Source: Eutreptiella sp. 'Long Island Sound 2002' (Eukaryota > Protista > Euglenida). Taken from it: DNA of 64,000 nucleotides. Position 1 is the first letter of the stretch, and the number at the start of each line of letters is the position of its first letter. The position numbers and the translations under genes are program-made. The stretch covers positions 188,666,001-188,730,000 of the forward strand of contig OZ038378.1 of NCBI GenBank assembly GCA_964036045.1, read 5' to 3'. The notes below the pieces were generated by a model. That model had not been told where the DNA came from, did not search any database, and worked only from the letters and a program-made list of their open reading frames with translations. Shown piece by piece: positions 50,219 through 62,105 of this stretch.

Positions 50219-51067
50219 CAGCCACCAACGGTAGCAGCATGCCGCAGCATGCCGCAGCGCCAGATTCTGGGAGCTGTTGGTGGGTGTTTTGAAGCATGCC
50301 GCAGCATGCCGCAGCATGCCGCAGCGAGCCAAAATTTTCACATGGCGGACTTTTTTTTCCATACCACGTCAAACCTGTGAACCCTTTGTTGCACAGGTGT
50401 CTCAGAACTGGATGGTAGCTCAGTGGTATATGACCAGATGCCAATTTGCAGGGTCCTGGGTTCCATTCCTGGAAATGGTAATTTGGAAAAGGCATTTATT
50501 TGCCTGTCAGTTCCTCTCTATTGTTGCACAGACCTTCGCTTTTTTGGTGTTGTTTTGACATGTCAAGTCCTGAGGATACTCAAATTACCGAGCCATCACA
50601 GGAGTCGCAGGAGTCTCAGAAATCCTCAAGGAACAAGGAGACAACCAGGAGTACAGCAGATTGTTTGCAGTGGGCCGTTGGGGAAGGTATTGGGGACCAC
50701 CTCAGCCTAACTGACAGCCAAGGTGAGTCCCAAAATGGGAGACTAAATTGCAATCTCTGTGCTGTTTGGTTATCTACAAAAGGGGCCATCATGTATGTCA
50801 ATAAAGTGGACAAGAAACGAAAATATGAGGAGGAGGAGTAGAAACACGCCCATTTATGAGTTGATTCAGCAGTGTTGACATTTGCAGGGGGTTCGGGCAT
50901 GTGATTCACTGTGTTTTGGTCTGGTTTTTGAAACCTGTGCCGCTTTTGGAAAATGATGGTACCCTTGACCAACAGCTTGAAGCATGCCGCAGCATGCCGC
51001 AGCATGCCGCAGCGTGCCGCAGCATGCCGCAGCGAGCCAAAATTTTCTTGGGGACCGTTGGTGCCTG
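50219..51067 (+). mobile_element. Non-autonomous hAT element (849 bp) with 10-bp subterminal repeats and a short relic ORF
   Basis: Exact TSD CTCATGTC (50211-50218, 51068-51075); TIR CAG(C/G)CACCAACGGT 13/14; GCAGCATGCC repeats at both ends; ORF with CNLC (BED-like) ending KKRKYEEEE*. Confidence 0.92.
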
Positions 51068-51103
51068 CTCATGTCCTGAGTCCCCGTTTCTTACTGTTGG
51101 CAG

Positions 51104-51459
51104 GTGCCGTCCTGGACCATGTTCGTGGTCCATCATGTGGTCGCTGTCCTTCCCTACGTCATCTACCTCTTCACCTCTAATTGTGCGCTTGGCTCCTTCA
51201 TCCTCCTCTTGTTCCTGGGGGTTGAGCTGTCCACCATCCCCCTCAACACCGTTGCCACGCTGGAGCAGCTGGGGTACGGCCACAGCCGGTGGCACTTTGT
51301 TGCATTTGGGTTCGTGTACTCAACATGGCTCGTTGTGCGTGTGGTGATGCCAGGCTTCCTCATGCAGATCATTTACACAACATTTATTCTCCAGCCAAAT
51401 CTCCCGGCATGCCTCATCCCGGCTATACTCTGTGCCCATATCATTTCAATTTTTTGCTG
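51104..51459 (+). CDS. TLC-domain membrane protein, exon 2 of 3
   Basis: CAG acceptor (AG 51102-51103), phase 0. MFVVHHVVA, VELSTIPLN, WLVVRV are TLC motifs (HH, E.STP.LN, R). GTATGT donor at 51460, phase 2. Confidence 0.9.
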
Positions 51460-53776
51460 GTATGTTTGTGATTGGTCGCGGCACGGGCAGTGATACCTGC
51501 GAATAGTTGTGCTTAGTTGCGGACAGAGTGTGTGCAACAGAGATCAAACCTTTGTACCCCCCCCTCCCTTGTCTGAGCACTGGGACCCGGTCTGACCTTC
51601 AATTCTACCGAATTTTCTGACCATGGTTTTTATGGTCAGAAACTGGGCTAAGCGCGATTGTGTGCCGATTGTAGAGGGAAAGAGGGGCTGTTTCATGCTT
51701 GTGATGAGTACTCCTGCTCATGACAACATTCTGCTTGGTACTGCACCCCACTGCTCCTTGTTTTGGTGTGATTTTCCAAAGAACCCATTCCAAAGCCTGC
51801 TGCCAAGCCTGCCCCAAAGCCTGCCTCAAAGGGCAAGCATTTGCAATTATTCAAGATGAGGCGCAAGGTTGGAAAGGGTTTCTATTCCACAGCTCCTGAT
51901 GCCCCTGATGGGCAGTGAGGACCTCCAGAACTTGCTGAAATTCGCCTACACATTGTGTTCTAGTGCCCTGTTGTGACTATTGTGCTTAGGGTGAGGTATT
52001 GGCAGGTTTTCAGGACATGCGTTCTTTTGGCACCGCGCATCGCGCGCGAGCACAGCCTTGTCTAAGGACCAGGACCCGGTCTGACAGTCATTTTCCTGAC
52101 TTTCCTGGTGCTTGCATGGAGCATGAAGCATGGACGGGCCTCACGTGAGGCAACTTAAAGGACGGAGGGAGGAGCCTCTTGTCATACAGGGCGGCGGCTC
52201 TCCAGATACCCGCGCGACTTGCCCCTTGGGTGAGTCTGGGTGCTGGAATGGGTAGAAGCCCCATGGACTATTGCTCCTTAATATGATTTCCTTCCTTCCT
52301 TCCTTCCTTCCTGGTGCTTGCGCAACGGGAGGGGGGGGGGTAGCGGTGGCCAGAGGTTGTGACTTGTTGCCATGTGTATTTGGGGCTTCCATGCTCAGTT
52401 GGTGTGGGACATACTGACTGCTGTATGTACATCGAGGTAGTTTTTGAATAAGCAATAAGCATTTTTTTTCTAAGCCAACGCCAGCCCTCAGGCTGACCCC
52501 TTCCAACAATCTCCAGACCCCATCCCTCTCATTTGGGGGGCGCTTGAGTGACCTCTGCTGGTACGAAATTGGGGCTGTCAAAGGATCTTTTTTGGAGGTT
52601 GAGGAAAAGAGGCTCAGACATGCAAATGAAGTAATTCCCCTCCTCTGGGGCATTGTGGCATGTTGGGTGGCTGCAAGCACTCTTGCAAACCCTGATGAGA
52701 TGTCTGCCCTGCGCGCAGCTTGTCAGCAAAAATCCCAGTATTGAAGCACGGGCTGCTGGCTGGAGTTGATGGTATGGAACCACACTGGGGCCCCCAAAGT
52801 GGGTAGAAGTAAAATGGTCAGGTCACCACTGTTGTGTCAGGATCCCTTTTGCATGGAGGAGTTCGACAGCCCCTTGGATCATGTGAGGGAAACTTGCTGC
52901 GCGGGGTGCGCAGGGCTTCTGTTAGGCACTTTTTGTGCCCCAGGGCATTTTGCTGTGTTGCTGTGTGGACAGGAACAATAATCTGCTGCATTTTATTTCC
53001 CAATGGTTACTGGTTACTGACTCGCATTGCAGACCACTCGTGTTTTCGCCAAACATGCTTGTCCAGCACATGTGCACCACTGGTAACGCTGTCATAGCAT
53101 GCATTGTTGGGCCTGGGCCACATGTGGATGAGTTCCAGCACATCATGTACATATGGGGTGGTTCTATTATCGACCACCACAAGGCCCCAGTGTCTTGCTT
53201 ATCAATGCCCAGCATCCATTCCTGTTGTGAGCCAGTTGGGAGCATTCTGTGGGGGCAGATGATTGGGTTAAAAGCCCTGCACGCAGGGCGCGCGCAGGGC
53301 AAAGATTGCCCCAGGGGCAATAGTCCATGCACCCCTGGCAGAACCTGCCCGTAGCTGTGGAGCTAAATCGGAGGGAGGACACAATACAGCAGCGTAGCAA
53401 GGCCTTTGTGCTCTACCTCTTAGGGGGCCACACGTGGTGCGTGCACCAAGTAAGCAAATAGGCCATGCACAAGTACAGCTCGCAGTGGTCAAGGTGGTGC
53501 ACGCTTTTTTCAAATTTTGGCCAAAAGATTGAATATGTGGGGATTTACCAAGTGGACCACACGTTGCTACAGCTACAAACCTGTGTGCAGCATTCATTGA
53601 GCGGCGTATTACCTGACCAAGCTGTATGCAGATCCTATCACAGACATCTTAGTGTCTTTGTTTACATCCACCACCCCAACCGCTTTTGTAATCCCCTCCA
53701 ACCGCCTGCCTAACTTCTGGAACGCTCTCTGAGGCCCCTTCCCTTCCAATTCATCCATGCCCTCTCCGATTTGCAG

Positions 53777-54053
53777 GTTTGTGTTCTTCTTCTTCTGGAC
53801 CCCAGAACTGGTGCGCATCATCCGCAACCCACACCCTACGCAGCGCAGCGAGGAACGGTCCCCTCTGGTGGAGCTGAAGGACACCGCAGACGAGGAGCAG
53901 CCGCTGCTGGTGCAGCGGTCGTTTGATGAGACCACAGTGTTTACTCCCATACACACGTGGGAGAACAACGTGCGCCAGGAGACCTTGGTCAACTCCTACC
54001 CACCTCGGGCCCGCCTCTCAAACTTCTATGCACCGGCCGCTGGCATGCGTTGA
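53777..54053 (+). CDS. TLC-domain membrane protein, exon 3 of 3 (joined CDS 966 nt, 321 aa)
   Basis: TTTGCAG acceptor (AG 53775-53776). Phase 2 completes TGG (Trp), giving ...IFCWFVFFFFW...; TGA at 54051-54053; 333+356+277=966. Confidence 0.85.
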
Positions 54054-55717
54054 GACGTTCGGCGCAGCCAAGGGGGCACAGACCTGACGTGCTGTTGTGG
54101 ATGCCAGAGTGATTCTGGAGGGTAGCGACCATCGCTGATCTATGGCTAGGGGGCATAGGGGCGCAGTACAGGGGCACAGGAAGCACCGAACGGGCTCCGC
54201 ACAGAGAGTGCTGGTGCTGCAGGGCATTGCCACGAGTCAGGCATGCGACCGGGCCTTGCGGACATCCCCCCCGTACACAAGCACCTGCTCTCTAATGTGA
54301 TCGGAGTGATAGCCTGGGGTAGATGAGGGACCAGGGTTGGTGAAGAGGAGGGCATGGGTGTCTGTTCCATGGCGTTTAACATGTGGATTACCGTTGACAG
54401 GGTGACAGTCACCATCTGCACGCAAGCAGGCCATTGCTTAGTTGCAAAAAACCCCCACCCCATGGGGGGGGGGGTTACACCTATCCGTGTGGGGCTCTGC
54501 CCTCGGGGGGAGGGCCCAACTCGGAAATAGGTCGAAATTACAGGTCCATTGGTTACAGCTGAGCTACGGCCCTTGACGTACCGCTGCATATCCACCGCTT
54601 TGCATCTGTCGGTGGTCTGCCCACTGGCATCTTCGTGTCCCATCCTCTGTGACAGAGAGGTACCTATGGTCTTGTAGGCCATTTTTCTTCTGCGCTTTGT
54701 GCTGATTGCCGCCTGTGCACACGTGCCATAGCAACAAAGACAATTTATGTCTAAAACCCAAACCAGTGCGTACACCCGAAAGTACCAACTGGCGCACTTA
54801 CTCAGCCTTTATGGCAAAGCCCTGCCCCCCCATCCCGCCCCGTCTACATTCGGGGGCTTCTGCCACTCACAACTGAAACAAAAGTGCCGTCTCCGACCTG
54901 CCCACAGCATCTACAGTGAGCAGAGTGCTGTACCCAGTGTGTAAGTGCGTATCCCAAGTACCAAAAGTGTGGATCACGTGTGGATCCCATAAAAGTGTGT
55001 CCGATGCGTACGGTCATACGCACTGTTTGCAAATCTGGTCTGACCGTCGTGTACCCTGACTTCGGTCATGCTTGCGCAAGGGGGAGGGGCTTGATCGCCT
55101 CCCTTCCTCCCCCGTCTAGAACGGGTGTGGACGGGGCACTCATGGCAGCCTCAGCCTTGCACCCGAATAACGCGGCTTATTTGTACTCGTTTTTCCCGTT
55201 GCTGGACTTTGGGTGTCAGCAGACGTGACATTGCATGCAGCCCCCTTCCTTTGCTCCCGGCATTCACTGCTCCAGACAGCACGGCCAAAACAGCATTCTT
55301 TGAAGGGTTTCGGCACTGTGCCGTGACATTGGCCCCGTTTCATGCATGCGACCCGTCACCCGGCTGAATGGACCATCTCCGCCTTGTAATTGTCCTTGCA
55401 ATGGCGGTAATGGACAGCCGTAGCCCAGGCAAATAGCATTGGGGGGAGGGGTGCTAGGTTTTTACAAGGCAGTCATCCGCAGTGGTCCGGCGGCCTTTGG
55501 AAGATGATCATCGGTTGGCGGCAACCGACGGTAGTTAAGATCAACACAGGAGTCCGAAGCAGGTTTTTCTTATTTTTTTGCTTGAGGCACGATTTCTGCA
55601 CGATCAAAGTCCTGGGGGCCAGTCACAGAGGGTTGACCTCCCCATCCCCACCCCCGCGCAGCCGTTTGAGATACGCAGTCGCACCCAACGAGACGCACAC
55701 GACACACGTGACACAGA

Positions 55718-56605
55718 GGAGGCGTACCGTGCGCTGTGCGCGCGCTGTGCGAAAAGTAGGCCATTCTCCACCACCGGTAGGCAGTTTTTTGGGTGTAGGA
55801 TTGCCGCAGGGTACTATTGCCGTTGTGTGTCCTTGTAGCATCAACCCTCCCCCTTCTATGGGCATGACGCCTATTTGCCGCGCGAGGAGATGGTCATATA
55901 TTTAGTAAAATTGAAATTGAGGTTGGTGCGCATGATGGAGCATACAAGGGGCGATTGCATTCACATGTCCCTTTCATTGGTCGAAAGACTTTGACCATGC
56001 GGCAGAAAACATATAATGATGTGCATGGGTATTATAGGGCACGGGTGGAACACTTGTTTGCCCACCTTTGGTCTTGGAGAGTAGTGCGTGACATTTGGCT
56101 GGGGTCCCATCAAGACTTGCATGCCAACACACGCATACTTTTGCACTTTTCACAGTTCATGTTGCGAAGGCAGAAAAGGTATCAACCTTATGGCCCATGG
56201 GAGCACATTCCTTCTTCCATTTGGACAGAGGAAGAGGCCCTCGAGGTCGACGAGGAAGAGGAGGATACTTTCCTTTGCCAAGTTTGTGGCAAAAGGGACA
56301 CATCGGAATGCTCCACGTGTGACCTTTACTTGTGTAGAGGTTGCATGGATGAGCATACTTGCGATATTGATGTTCCCGAGTAGCCCCTAATATATTTTCA
56401 GGTGTTCTTGAACACCCGCAAGACAATTTTATTGTCTACATTGCATTGTTTTGGACATTGGATAATTCTGAGAACACGAGACGTTTGAATTTCAGACTTT
56501 TGAATTGCTCATGCATGCTTCTAGAGGTGGCAGGTTTTCAGGGCTGTTACCGGGGTAAACACCGTAATAACTGGCGCTGTGCGCGCGCTGTGCGAAAACG
56601 CCCCC
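55718..56605 (+). mobile_element. Second PHIS-type element, internally deleted, retaining the transposase 3' half
   Basis: EVGAHDGAYKGRLHSHVPFIGRK...HGYYRARVEHLF...CQVC..CSTC..CRGCMDEHTC. Identical 25-bp GCGCTGTGCGCGCGCTGTGCGAAAA at 55731 and 56574. Right end ...AAAACGCCCCC. Left boundary approximate. Confidence 0.78.
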
Positions 56606-58702
56606 AGAGGCACCGGTCATCAAGTGCCCCATCGGGTGCCAGTCCCACTCACAGATCTGTGGGCGCCGGGGGCACGCCCCGGAGGCAGCCTTCTCTTTCG
56701 TCGTCGCGCATATCTGTGCGAGTGCCTGCCCAGTGGTCACCGTGGCCTCCACGTGACACCCCCACATCGCCATCGCATGCCGCGGGGCTCTTTGGGTCCT
56801 GTACGCTCCTGCCCTTCAACTTGGGGGATTTCCTCCCCCAAACGTGTCAAAAAGCCACGCGTTGCAGCAGCAAGAAGTTGCGGCTTATGTGGCGAGCCTT
56901 ACTATTTCTGGTGCTGCCCGCCAGACCATCGGTTGCCCCATTGGCACCTTCCTTGGTTGTCCGCCAAGAGCACTGACTGCCCCAAGTTCATGGCAGGGGA
57001 AGGGCCGGTTAAGTGGGGCAGCCTCCTGGTCTGTACCAATCCTCTCCTCAAGAAAGATATCATTTCTACAGGACAGCCCCGGGCCTGGGGGGCAGCAAGG
57101 GGGGCCCGGACACCAGTCAGGGTGAGGTTTTGCTGCCCCCCCCCCCCCCCAGGGCTGCTCGAGGCCTTGGTGGAGGGATTGGCTTGTCTGACGGCAGTTG
57201 ATGGGCAACTGATGCCGGTGACCGACAGCAGGTACTCATCGGCTGGCGGTTTGTTGAGGGCCGAGCATAGTCTTTTCAGGGGCCCGGGGCGGGGGGCACT
57301 AAAGACAGCCCTCCCCTGGTGGCGCTTGCTTTCAGAGTTTCGGCATGTTTTTACGAAAATTGTTTTGCTGTCTGTTGAGACTTCGAGAACTGCACGTTTC
57401 GTCGTATCTTCATGGGGCTTCATCTTGGGGTGTAGTGATCCCACCCCATGCCTAGAGTCCCAGTTGCCCATGTCCCTGATGTCGTGTCAACGAAGGAGAT
57501 GCACGGTGCCAGAGACGCTGCGAGAAGGGAAGAGCTTTGCAAGAGTGCTGTGGTTCAAGCGTTCCAAGCTGGACGAATAAAGTTATTGGGATGTGTGGTG
57601 GTCAATGAAACAACATCTTGCGCCAATGTGAGCACCATAAGAGGCACACCTCATGGCTCATTGTACACACCTTCCCCCCAACCCCTTGCAGAAACAACAC
57701 TCATGTTCAAACAACACAACTTGTTGTCTCGGTAGCTTTTGGAGGCATGGGATCGCCTCAAAGAGAGGTTATGAGGTCATGGGCAGGCACAGTTCCCAGA
57801 CAAGCTGTGAATTACTTTAACATGTTAAGGTAATTCACAGCTTGCCTGGGAATTTAACACACAGGCACCATATAACCCCCGTGTTTTTTGGGGTATTTTT
57901 GAAGCATACCCCAAGCAAGGGGGGCGGCCTGTTTGAATTCCAGACCCCAACCCCCCACCCCTTCCCCCCAGACCCCCCAAAGTTTTCGAACCCGTCTTTC
58001 TCCAAATTGAGATTTTGGGGGAAAGTGCGGGCGCCGAAGGCACCAATTTTTTTTTTTGCCTCCTGACGGGTTTTTTTTTATCCTACGTGTCTATACTCAA
58101 AATACTCAGAATTTGGTGGAGAATTCACAAATGGGTGAAAAACACACAAAACAATTTGACCCCCGACCTGACCTCCGGGTCGGACCTTGGCTGATGGGAG
58201 CCTGAGCTGGTGGGAAAATTTTTTCTCGAAAAATTTTACCCCAGTTGTGTATGTTCTAAGTGATCCGCGCGTCATGGGGATCATGTTGAGGTATGTATGG
58301 GGGAGCGTCAGCGTGCCGGGCATCTTTTTCACTTAAGGCAGTGCAGCTATTTGGGCATCTGCCCGCACCAGAGACCCATACTTTGAGATACTAGGGGCAT
58401 CATTGTTACCCCTAGCGTAGTTTTTGAGATCTGATTTTGTCCCCTTTGTTGGGGACCCCCGAGAATGCAGGGGTGACATAGTTCTGCCCTCTTTTGGGCC
58501 CCGAGAAGGCAGGGGCGAGACAGCCTATTCTGATTTTGTCCCCCCCTGTTGGGGATCCCCGAGAATGCAAGGGTGACGTAGCATTTCCGCCCTCTTTTGG
58601 GCCCCAACCTTCCGGTGCTATTGAGGAAACCGGGACAATCTTCGTTACGCTTTTGGTAGCCACTTCTGATTTTGTCCCCCTTTGTTTGGGGATCCCCCAG
58701 AA

Positions 58703-59064
58703 GCCTGGCGGCCCCCATGAGTTGCACAAGTCAAGTCCGTGTTTTGTTGCATTTTACACAATTTTGCATTCGCAGGCAAGTCTCTCACCCTCCCCTGTGG
58801 ACCATTGGAGCATGCCCCGCCACGCAAGATGAGGCAGAGGATGAGGCAGAAGTGTGTGTTTTGTGTTGCCAACGGCGCTCCACCGTCGCAGTTTGTGATG
58901 AGTGTAAGGAGCACTATTGTAATGAATGTATTGACACCCACACTTGTGGGAGCAATGTTGTTTGTTAAGTACAATACAAATGACATTTGGAGTTGTTGAA
59001 TTCACAGCTATTGCTTTATCATGCAACGTGCTTTGTAGGGAAGGTGTGCAGTGTAACGTGGTCT
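58703..59064 (+). mobile_element. Copy of the PHIS transposase 3' end and 3' flank (homologous to ~33954-34350)
   Basis: Near-identical CVLCCQRRSTVAVCDECKEHYCNECIDTHTCGSNVVC* and downstream sequence, with one internal deletion. Confidence 0.88.
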
Positions 59065-59775
59065 AAGGTTGGCCAATTGGCAACCACAAGGAACATGCTA
59101 CCCTGTTGACGGAAAGTTGGAGACCAACGAACATGCCTTGTGCAAACACAAATACATCCTAATGGCTGCACACATTGCGCAACAGTACATGGGACCAACC
59201 AAAACACTAGATGGCCCAGAAATAGATATACGGGTCTTATTATGGGAAAAACCAAAGCTCTCTGTGAACACCCCCCTCGGGTTGGTGTCGTGGACAATGG
59301 AAAGGGCAGCATGGTCTTACAGATGCGCACTGAACAGTGCTGTGCACAACATCATGGAATTGAACATGTAGGTCCAACTACTGCAGGGTTGGAGGGAATA
59401 TAAAGTTTGTACCCTGCCAATAGAGGCGCCTTATTGAAGCTTTGACGTCTATGCAACAGTCTACAATACTGATTGAAGCTTTGACGTCTATGCAACAATC
59501 TACCATATTGCAACACCCCCGAGTGGTGCTCTCACAATCCTGCTCCACGCCTGAAACTATGGTTTCCATCAACAAAACGCCACAACAAAATTGATCAGGT
59601 GGGAGCGCTGCAAGGCTGCGAGCAAAGCATGCCCAAGTGGTGAGTGTGTACAAAGAGAGTGGATGGAACATCATATACCCGGATGGGTCGTCCAAGCTGC
59701 ACCCAGAAGCTGGAAGGGTTGGGGGATACGGTGTTTTCTTTGGTGATGACAGAGACCCAGCAGCATACCCTAAAG
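59065..59775 (+). mobile_element. Uninterrupted inverted copy of the relic LINE segment (23903-23616 + 18390-~17965)
   Basis: Contiguous across a single TGTGCACA (59341-59348). IYPDGSSKLHPEAGRVGGYGVFFGDDRD. Confidence 0.85.
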
Positions 59776-59789
59776 CACGAGGCTACCAG

Positions 59790-62105
59790 TTCTGATTTTG
59801 TCCCCCTTTGTTGGGGACCCCCAAGAACGCAGGGGTGATGTAGCAGTTCCACCCACTTGTGGGCCCCCGAGATGGCAGGGGTGGGGCAGCCAATTCTGAT
59901 TTTGTTCCCTTTTGTTGGGGATCACCAAGAATGCAGGGGTGGCGTAGCAATTCCGCCCACTTGTGGACCCCGAGAAGGCAGGGGTGAGGCAGCCAATTCT
60001 GATTTTGTTCCCCTTTGTTGGGGACCCCCGAGAACGTGATATGCCCGCAACTTTTGCACACCATGCGTCATGTCATTCTAGGGGGGTGGGAGGAAACGTT
60101 GGGTGTTGAGGTAGGGAGCAGCCTCATCAAGGGCAGCCGCGTGAATTTCCTTCATGCTCTAATTGAAAATGTGCAAACACGCTTCTCAATGGGTTGGTAG
60201 TGCTATGGTGGAGGATTGGGTTGAGGCAAGCTCATGTTTGTGTGAGAGAGTGTCCAGCTAGGTGACGGCTACAAACTTTGGCCAGAGCACAGAGCGCATG
60301 TGTGAGACATTGTGGATGATGTGCAACGGGGAAGCACCAGAGGATTCGGGGCCGTTTGAGGTGTTCGATGAGCTTCACATGCAAGAGCCCCTTCTGCCCC
60401 CGTAAGCGCAAGCAAGGGCATGTGGTTGAGGTCGAAGATGGTGGTTTGCTTGGGTTTGCTGCGTTCAAGGATTTGCAAGTTTCTTTGGAAGAGGATGCAG
60501 AGGGTGAGGTTCCATTGGACATTCAAGATTTGTGGGTTTTCCCCAAGAGGGCAACCCGTGACGCCGATATTGGGGTTGTGTACGGGGTTGGGTTGGAGGA
60601 CGAGGATGAGGATACGGACGATGAGGACTCGGACTAGCCGGGTGAAGTCGCCAGTAGCTCCTCTTTTGACCTTCCTAACCCTCCTGCCGTGGTCTCTACC
60701 TCCTCTAACCGTGCCTCCTAGTTGGTCTTCATGTATGACGTGGATGAGGCAGTGGTGAAGGCAATGCAGAGGGGTGGTATGCATGAGTGGACTCATATTG
60801 AGTTCAAGGCCATTTGTAGGAGGCATGGTTTGAGTGTGAAATGGGCAAAGGGTGAGGTTGTGCAGCGTGTCCAAAGGGTGAGGTTGTGCAGCATGTCCAG
60901 TGCCACTTCCACAAGATGTGCTAGTTTTGGAGAGCCAATTCTAGCTGTGCCACCGGCGATGGAACATTCGGGTGGTGGAACGCTATGTCACTGCATTTGA
61001 TGAAAAAAAACATTGCTCCCGTTTTTCTTCAATTGTGCAAGGTATTAGGTTGGGAGCGGATGCTATCACAGAATACATGTGGGGGAAGGAACATGTGGAT
61101 GAGTGATTGCACACATGTGGGGCTAGGAAGTCGTGTTTGAACAGTTAAGAACCCCTGGGTGAAGACGTGAAGAGCTAGGAACCAATGGTTGAATACATGG
61201 GGGTCGCCTCAAGCGCAGTGCGCGCGCACTGCGCGCGCAGTGCAACTATTTGGGCGTCTGGCCGTACTAGAGACCCATACTTTGAGATACTAGTGGCCCC
61301 TAGGGGCATCATGGTGACCCCTAGCGGAGGTTTTGACTTCTGATTTCGTCCCCCTTTGTTTGGGGACCCCCGAGAATGCAAGGGTGACGTAGCATTTCCG
61401 CCCTCTTTTGGGCCCCAACCTTCCGGTGCTATTGAGGAAAGTGAAGGGACATTGTATGGATTATGAGATTGGCTCCATGGATGGTGCATACAAGGGGCGC
61501 TTCCATGTGGCATGGCCATTTATCAGTCGAAAGACGTTGACCGAGTACAATGATGTTCATGGTTTCTATAGGGCACGCATTGAGCACTTGTTTGCACGCA
61601 TGTGGCACTGGGGCATCGTAAGGAACATATGGAGGGGATCCGGTGCGGAGTTGCATGAGTATGTGTGTGTACTCTTGCATTTGCAGCAATTTTTGATTCG
61701 AAGACAGGTGGAACAGAAAGACAGTTCTGTGTTCTTGAGGGTGGCGACCAATGCGCTGTTCATGGCTTTTCCAGTTGTGCATGATGTGTGTTATGTGAAG
61801 GGAAGGTAGTTTGCAGCTTTCTTGAGCTAGGGCAGTTTGGGTCACCTAATTCTAAGGGCGTTTCCAAGGGGTTTGCTTGGGGGCTCTTCGGGGGAACATA
61901 GTCTAAAAGTAGCGCGCAGTGCGCGCGCAGTGCAAAGACTCCCCCATGGAGTGCCGGCAGGCTAGGAACCAATGGTTGAACACATGGAGTGACAGTATGT
62001 GTTTTTTTGGAAAACTTAGTAACGGAACACTTTTTTTTCGTTAATGACCACCCTGGTCCCACCAATGTATGCAACGCAGCTATCGGGACCCCCCTGCTTT
62101 TCATG
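59790..62105 (+). mobile_element. Second partial copy of the SAP-bearing hAT (104-bp repeats, hATC/SAP relic, right TIR, TSD and LINE flank), with a nested PHIS element
   Basis: 60030-61198 aligns with 14432-17830 minus the 2.25-kb insert. TTAATGACCACCCTG at 62041-62055 is followed by GTCCCACC and the same flank as 17901-17948. Confidence 0.85.
61199..61945 (+). mobile_element. Non-autonomous PHIS (ISL2EU/Pangu-like) element with AT TSD
   Basis: AT|GGGGGTC...GACTCCCCC|AT (AT at 61197-61198 and 61946-61947). The empty site CACATGGAGTG is seen at ~17823. Carries DGAYKGRFH...FYRARIEHLF and 104-bp repeat pieces. Confidence 0.8.
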
